Below are positions 60,483 through 64,000 of a stretch of 64,000 nucleotides of DNA, piece by piece. The translations under genes and the position numbers were made by a program. Where the stretch lies: NCBI GenBank assembly GCA_963664325.2, contig CAXXDQ010000007.1, positions 384,001-448,000 of the forward strand, written 5' to 3'. The stretch comes from Desulfomonilia bacterium. GTDB taxonomy: Bacteria; Desulfobacterota; Desulfomonilia; UBA1062. The notes below the pieces were generated by a model. That model had not been told where the DNA came from and made no database searches. It was given only the letters and a program-made list of their open reading frames with translations. Every line of letters begins with the position of its first letter. Within the stretch, counting starts at the first letter, position 1.

Positions 60483-61577
60483 TTATCCGGTGAATGTTCC
60501 AACGACAAACCGCTTATAGAATGGCGCCTTGTCTCTTCTTGTAAGTCTTTCCGAAAGCTCCTGTTCGTATGATATTCCTATCCCGTCAGGAATCATCCTG
60601 TCGACCAGCAGGTTCCAGAAGGCAAATCTGGCGCCCCTGGCCGCTCCCTTTGTAAGATATTTCAATTCTTCTTTATGCTCTTTAACATTCATGTATTCGA
60701 ATATATCCGACAGATTATAGGCGTTGAACCTGACCGAACCATAGCTGTCAATACAGCTGTTTATGCCACCCTGATATATTTCTATCCTGTCAAGGCGCGA
60801 TTTTATGAGCTCATAATTCTCCTTTCTCAGATAATGCGGCAGGGCATGCAGGGGATAGTTGCCGGTCAAAATGCAGTTCAGATACGGATTATCGTAAATG
60901 CTGATATTCGTGAAATTGAAGTCCGTCCTTTTCTTGAATGAACCCGCGACATCCGCATCGACATATTTGAAGAACTCAGGGTCCCGCCCGATCCTTCCGA
61001 CGATAAGCCTGTTGAAAAACAGCTTGAACATGATCCTCCAGTTCAGGTTATCCCATACTTTATAATAATAGCCGCACTGCTCGGGGATGCTCTTCTTTTC
61101 AAGAAGCCTTTCTACCGCACCTTTCCCATGCATCATGGGCAGTATGAACCGCCTGAATATATGAAAGAATTTTTCAAACTTGCCAGCATGTATGATGCCT
61201 TTTTCTATCAGGCGATGGTTGTTCTCCCAGAGATTGAGGGCGAATTCGCTTAATCCGCCTTTGATCCGGTTGAAAGTCCATAATCTGTCATCGGATTTTT
61301 CCACACCGATGAAAGCAAGCATTTCATCGTATGTGAGCTTTGCAAACGCCTGTTTTCTCATTTCAATACAGGCGTTCTGAACAGGATTAAAATCAACTGC
61401 GACAACCTTTGCCGGGTCGTATACGAGCATGGAGAGGGAATTATCACCTGCAGAGCCAATTGATATGCAATTATGCCCTGCTTTGATGTCGAGCGCTTCA
61501 AGCAGGATATCCGCATCTTCCCAGCAGCTTGCATAACGTATGAAATCGAATTTCGCCCTGTTTTTAATATCCGCCAT
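60483..61577 (-). CDS. BtaA/DUF3419 family SAM-dependent 3-amino-3-carboxypropyltransferase-like protein
   Basis: IRYASCWED, SIGSAGDN, D.NP.Q, GKFE, NLSDIFEY. Confidence 0.85.
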   Translation of the reverse strand: MADIKNRAKFDFIRYASCWEDADILLEALDIKAGHNCISIGSAGDNSLSMLVYDPAKVVAVDFNPVQNACIEMRKQAFAKLTYDEMLAFIGVEKSDDRLWTFNRIKGGLSEFALNLWENNHRLIEKGIIHAGKFEKFFHIFRRFILPMMHGKGAVERLLEKKSIPEQCGYYYKVWDNLNWRIMFKLFFNRLIVGRIGRDPEFFKYVDADVAGSFKKRTDFNFTNISIYDNPYLNCILTGNYPLHALPHYLRKENYELIKSRLDRIEIYQGGINSCIDSYGSVRFNAYNLSDIFEYMNVKEHKEELKYLTKGAARGARFAFWNLLVDRMIPDGIGISYEQELSERLTRRDKAPFYKRFVVGTFTG

Positions 61578-61587
61578 ATTCCAACCC

Positions 61588-64000
61588 TTATCCTGAGATG
61601 CGCTGAACGACGCCGGTGGTCCCGTTCATATGGATTTTTTCGCCATTCTCAATCTTTTTAGTAATACCCCTCAGGCCGACAATTGTAGGAATTCCCATCT
61701 CCCGGGCAACAACTGCGGAATGAGACAACACGCTTCCGCGTTCGATTATTATGCCGCTGACCGACGGGAAAAGAGGCACCCATCCGGGGTCCGTGCGTTT
61801 CGCAACCATGATCTCACCGTTCAGGTTGGCATCATTGGGAGCAAGTACGATCCTGGCCTCTGAAGTAACATCTCCGGGGGAGCATGGCACCCCCTTGAAG
61901 CTTCTGCCGCTTTCATCCTCCTCGAACTCCATGTCGTTTTCAGTAAGGATCTCGACAAAACATCTGTCCTGCATCTCGCCGAAAAAATACATGCGCTCAG
62001 GGGAATCCTTTGACTGCTGTTCTTCAAATTCGTGTTTCCTTAATGAGATTATGTCCCTTACTATGCCTTCAATTATGGAGCGGCCCTCGATAAGCTGCCT
62101 TATTTCATCTACATGTAAAAAATAGACATCCTTCCGATCATCTATTATTCCCTGTTCATTAAGGTTTGCACCTATCCGGTTGAACATGCTGCGGCATATC
62201 CCGAATATCTTGGTGCGCATGAATCTGAGTTCTTCCCGGTTCCTGATGGCCTTGCGGGCCCTGATTAGCACATAAGTAAAAAGACGCTTTTTGAGAGGAG
62301 AAAGTTTCATGAACACTTTTTCTTCAGCCCTGAACTTGATTTCCTGTTCGTTGAGCTCCATTTTATCAAGGTCAACCGCTCCCTTCTTCAGATAGTTCTT
62401 GAGCGCTGTGAATAAGAATCTCGGGTCTTCCTTGAGAGACGGCTCCTCGAGCTTGAGTTCAAACATGCACCTGAAGCCGTATTCGGAGATGTATTCCTTT
62501 ATACGGCGCCTGATTTCGGCATACCGCTGCTCCTCGGTACAAAGGATAAGCCTGATAAGCTCATCTTCTGTTTTATCCCTGAACAATGCGGCCAGTTCGG
62601 GAATACTCCTTATCCAGCTCGATATCATTATGATCTCGCGTGTCGGCTTTGTGCTTTCTATCTCACCCTGCCCGCATAAGAGGTCGTTCTGGACACTTTT
62701 GGCATCTGCTATGTCAAGACTGGCCACCATTTTCCCAAGGGCTCCGAAATAAACCATCGTATAGAAATCATTGACAATGGGGGCCTTCCACTTGTCGAGC
62801 ACGTTATCCTGGAAATAATCATAAAGCCTTAGTATTTCGAGATTATTGTATTTCTCAAATTTCTCATCCATGTAAGGCGCAGTTGCGGCATAGAAGTCAT
62901 CAATGAACTTTTTCGATATTTCATCTATTCTCTTAAAATTTAAAAGCAGCTTGAACGCCGAATAAATGAGAAGCGGGATCTCAATTGATATATTGCGCGC
63001 CTTTGAAATAGACCCCTCGGCTGAAAAGCGTGAAGCATGTCTTACTCCCATCATCCTGTCCATGAATTCGCTGTTTATATTATATCCGGGAAGCAGCTGC
63101 AGAGCCCTGTGCCAGCTGTTCAGATTGTAGTAAATCCTGCCGTCAATGTAGCAGAGAAGTGTTCTGAAAATATCTGAAAAACTGCTGATCCGCCTTTGGC
63201 TGACACCGAGCAGCCTGAAGAACTGCCGGTAAACCATCTCATAGTTTTTGCTTGCAAATGAAAATGTCAGCGGACTCGTCACGCCCGGAAAGCTTTCAAT
63301 AATGTTTGAATTATCAAGGACTGTCCTGGGTTTTGATTTGTCGATATGGCTCAATGTAGTAACAGGCCTTGACTGGAGTATGTATATCCTGCCGTCTTTT
63401 ATGCACCACTCTATATCCTGTGGAACATATCCGAAAACACCTTCTATCCTCCTGCCGAGCATGGCAAGTTCCACTATCTGTACAGAAGAAAGGGATCTTT
63501 CTTCAACAAGGTCTGCCGGGACACTGATATTTTTCGTCCCGGAACCGCGTTCGCTGTCAAATGTGATCATCCCGGTTTTTCTTGCGATCAATTCTTTCAC
63601 TATGCTGTCGTCATCGGCGACAATCCAGGAATCGGCATCGATTTCCCCGGAAACGATGCCTTCTCCTATCCCGTATGCGGAGTTGACAAGTATCTGGTCC
63701 GTGTCATTGTTTAGAGGGTTGCCTGTAAACATGACGCCTGAAATATCGCCGAAAATCATTTCCTGGATAATGGCGGCAGGCCTGACGCCAGTCAGCGGCA
63801 ATCCCTGGGATATGCGATATGTCATAGCCCTCAGGGAATATGCCGAAGCAAAGCACCTGCGGACAAATTCAAACAGGTTCTCATCCGGTTTTACATAAAG
63901 AAAACTTTCAAGCTGTCCTGCAAATGAAAACCTCTTGGAGTCTTCATCAACAGCGGAAGACCTGACTGAAAAGAATCCGGGCATATTCTTTACAAAGACC
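61588..64000 (-). CDS. PEP-utilising enzyme of rifampin phosphotransferase/PigC architecture (5' end beyond window)
   Basis: VRSSAVDED, SFAGQ, QDIEW, LQSRPVT ATP-grasp; TDPGW and LSHSAVVARE His-swivel domain; frame open to the window edge. Confidence 0.9.
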   Translation of the reverse strand, partial: VFVKNMPGFFSVRSSAVDEDSKRFSFAGQLESFLYVKPDENLFEFVRRCFASAYSLRAMTYRISQGLPLTGVRPAAIIQEMIFGDISGVMFTGNPLNNDTDQILVNSAYGIGEGIVSGEIDADSWIVADDDSIVKELIARKTGMITFDSERGSGTKNISVPADLVEERSLSSVQIVELAMLGRRIEGVFGYVPQDIEWCIKDGRIYILQSRPVTTLSHIDKSKPRTVLDNSNIIESFPGVTSPLTFSFASKNYEMVYRQFFRLLGVSQRRISSFSDIFRTLLCYIDGRIYYNLNSWHRALQLLPGYNINSEFMDRMMGVRHASRFSAEGSISKARNISIEIPLLIYSAFKLLLNFKRIDEISKKFIDDFYAATAPYMDEKFEKYNNLEILRLYDYFQDNVLDKWKAPIVNDFYTMVYFGALGKMVASLDIADAKSVQNDLLCGQGEIESTKPTREIIMISSWIRSIPELAALFRDKTEDELIRLILCTEEQRYAEIRRRIKEYISEYGFRCMFELKLEEPSLKEDPRFLFTALKNYLKKGAVDLDKMELNEQEIKFRAEEKVFMKLSPLKKRLFTYVLIRARKAIRNREELRFMRTKIFGICRSMFNRIGANLNEQGIIDDRKDVYFLHVDEIRQLIEGRSIIEGIVRDIISLRKHEFEEQQSKDSPERMYFFGEMQDRCFVEILTENDMEFEEDESGRSFKGVPCSPGDVTSEARIVLAPNDANLNGEIMVAKRTDPGWVPLFPSVSGIIIERGSVLSHSAVVAREMGIPTIVGLRGITKKIENGEKIHMNGTTGVVQRISG

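Noticed and set aside
61588-64000. Calling the PEP-utilising enzyme a rifampin-resistance gene or PEP synthase
   Set aside because: Architecture is shared by many non-resistance enzymes; operon context is biosynthetic and the PEP synthase C-terminal barrel is absent
1-64000. Numerous antisense or overlapping ORFs in the track; tRNA, rRNA, integrase or transposase genes
   Set aside because: Shadow ORFs lie opposite well-supported genes; no RNA-gene or recombinase signatures were seen by eye

Overview
A 64-kb chromosomal window from an anaerobic, probably Desulfobacterota/deltaproteobacterial-type organism (inferred from gene content, not proven). It is mostly metabolic and housekeeping genes: beta-oxidation (fadN/fadA-like, two crotonases), metF, ileS-lspA, a long co-directional thi4-thiE-thiC-rapZ-PTS(IIA/IIB/IIC)-pyrK-pyrD block, gdhA divergent from nrpR, glgX and glnS. 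I saw no rRNA, tRNA, CRISPR array, transposase or phage genes. Highlights not explained by the ORF track: (1) a 71-aa glutaredoxin-like gene at 53547-53762 with two in-frame UGA codons, each followed by a SECIS-like hairpin at nearly the same spacing, i.e. a probable double selenoprotein; (2) a probable biosynthetic operon at the right edge (RPH/PigC-like PEP-utilising enzyme, BtaA/DUF3419, OleC-like adenylating enzyme with a +1 frameshift); (3) GGCA-Nx-TGCC palindromes between gdhA and nrpR, a candidate bacterial NrpR operator; (4) a GlnRS with a C-terminal Trbp111/MetRS-type tRNA-binding domain; (5) a nested REP-like repeat patch at 2.5-3.05 kb; (6) two decayed genes. All calls come from motif recognition by eye; no searches were run.
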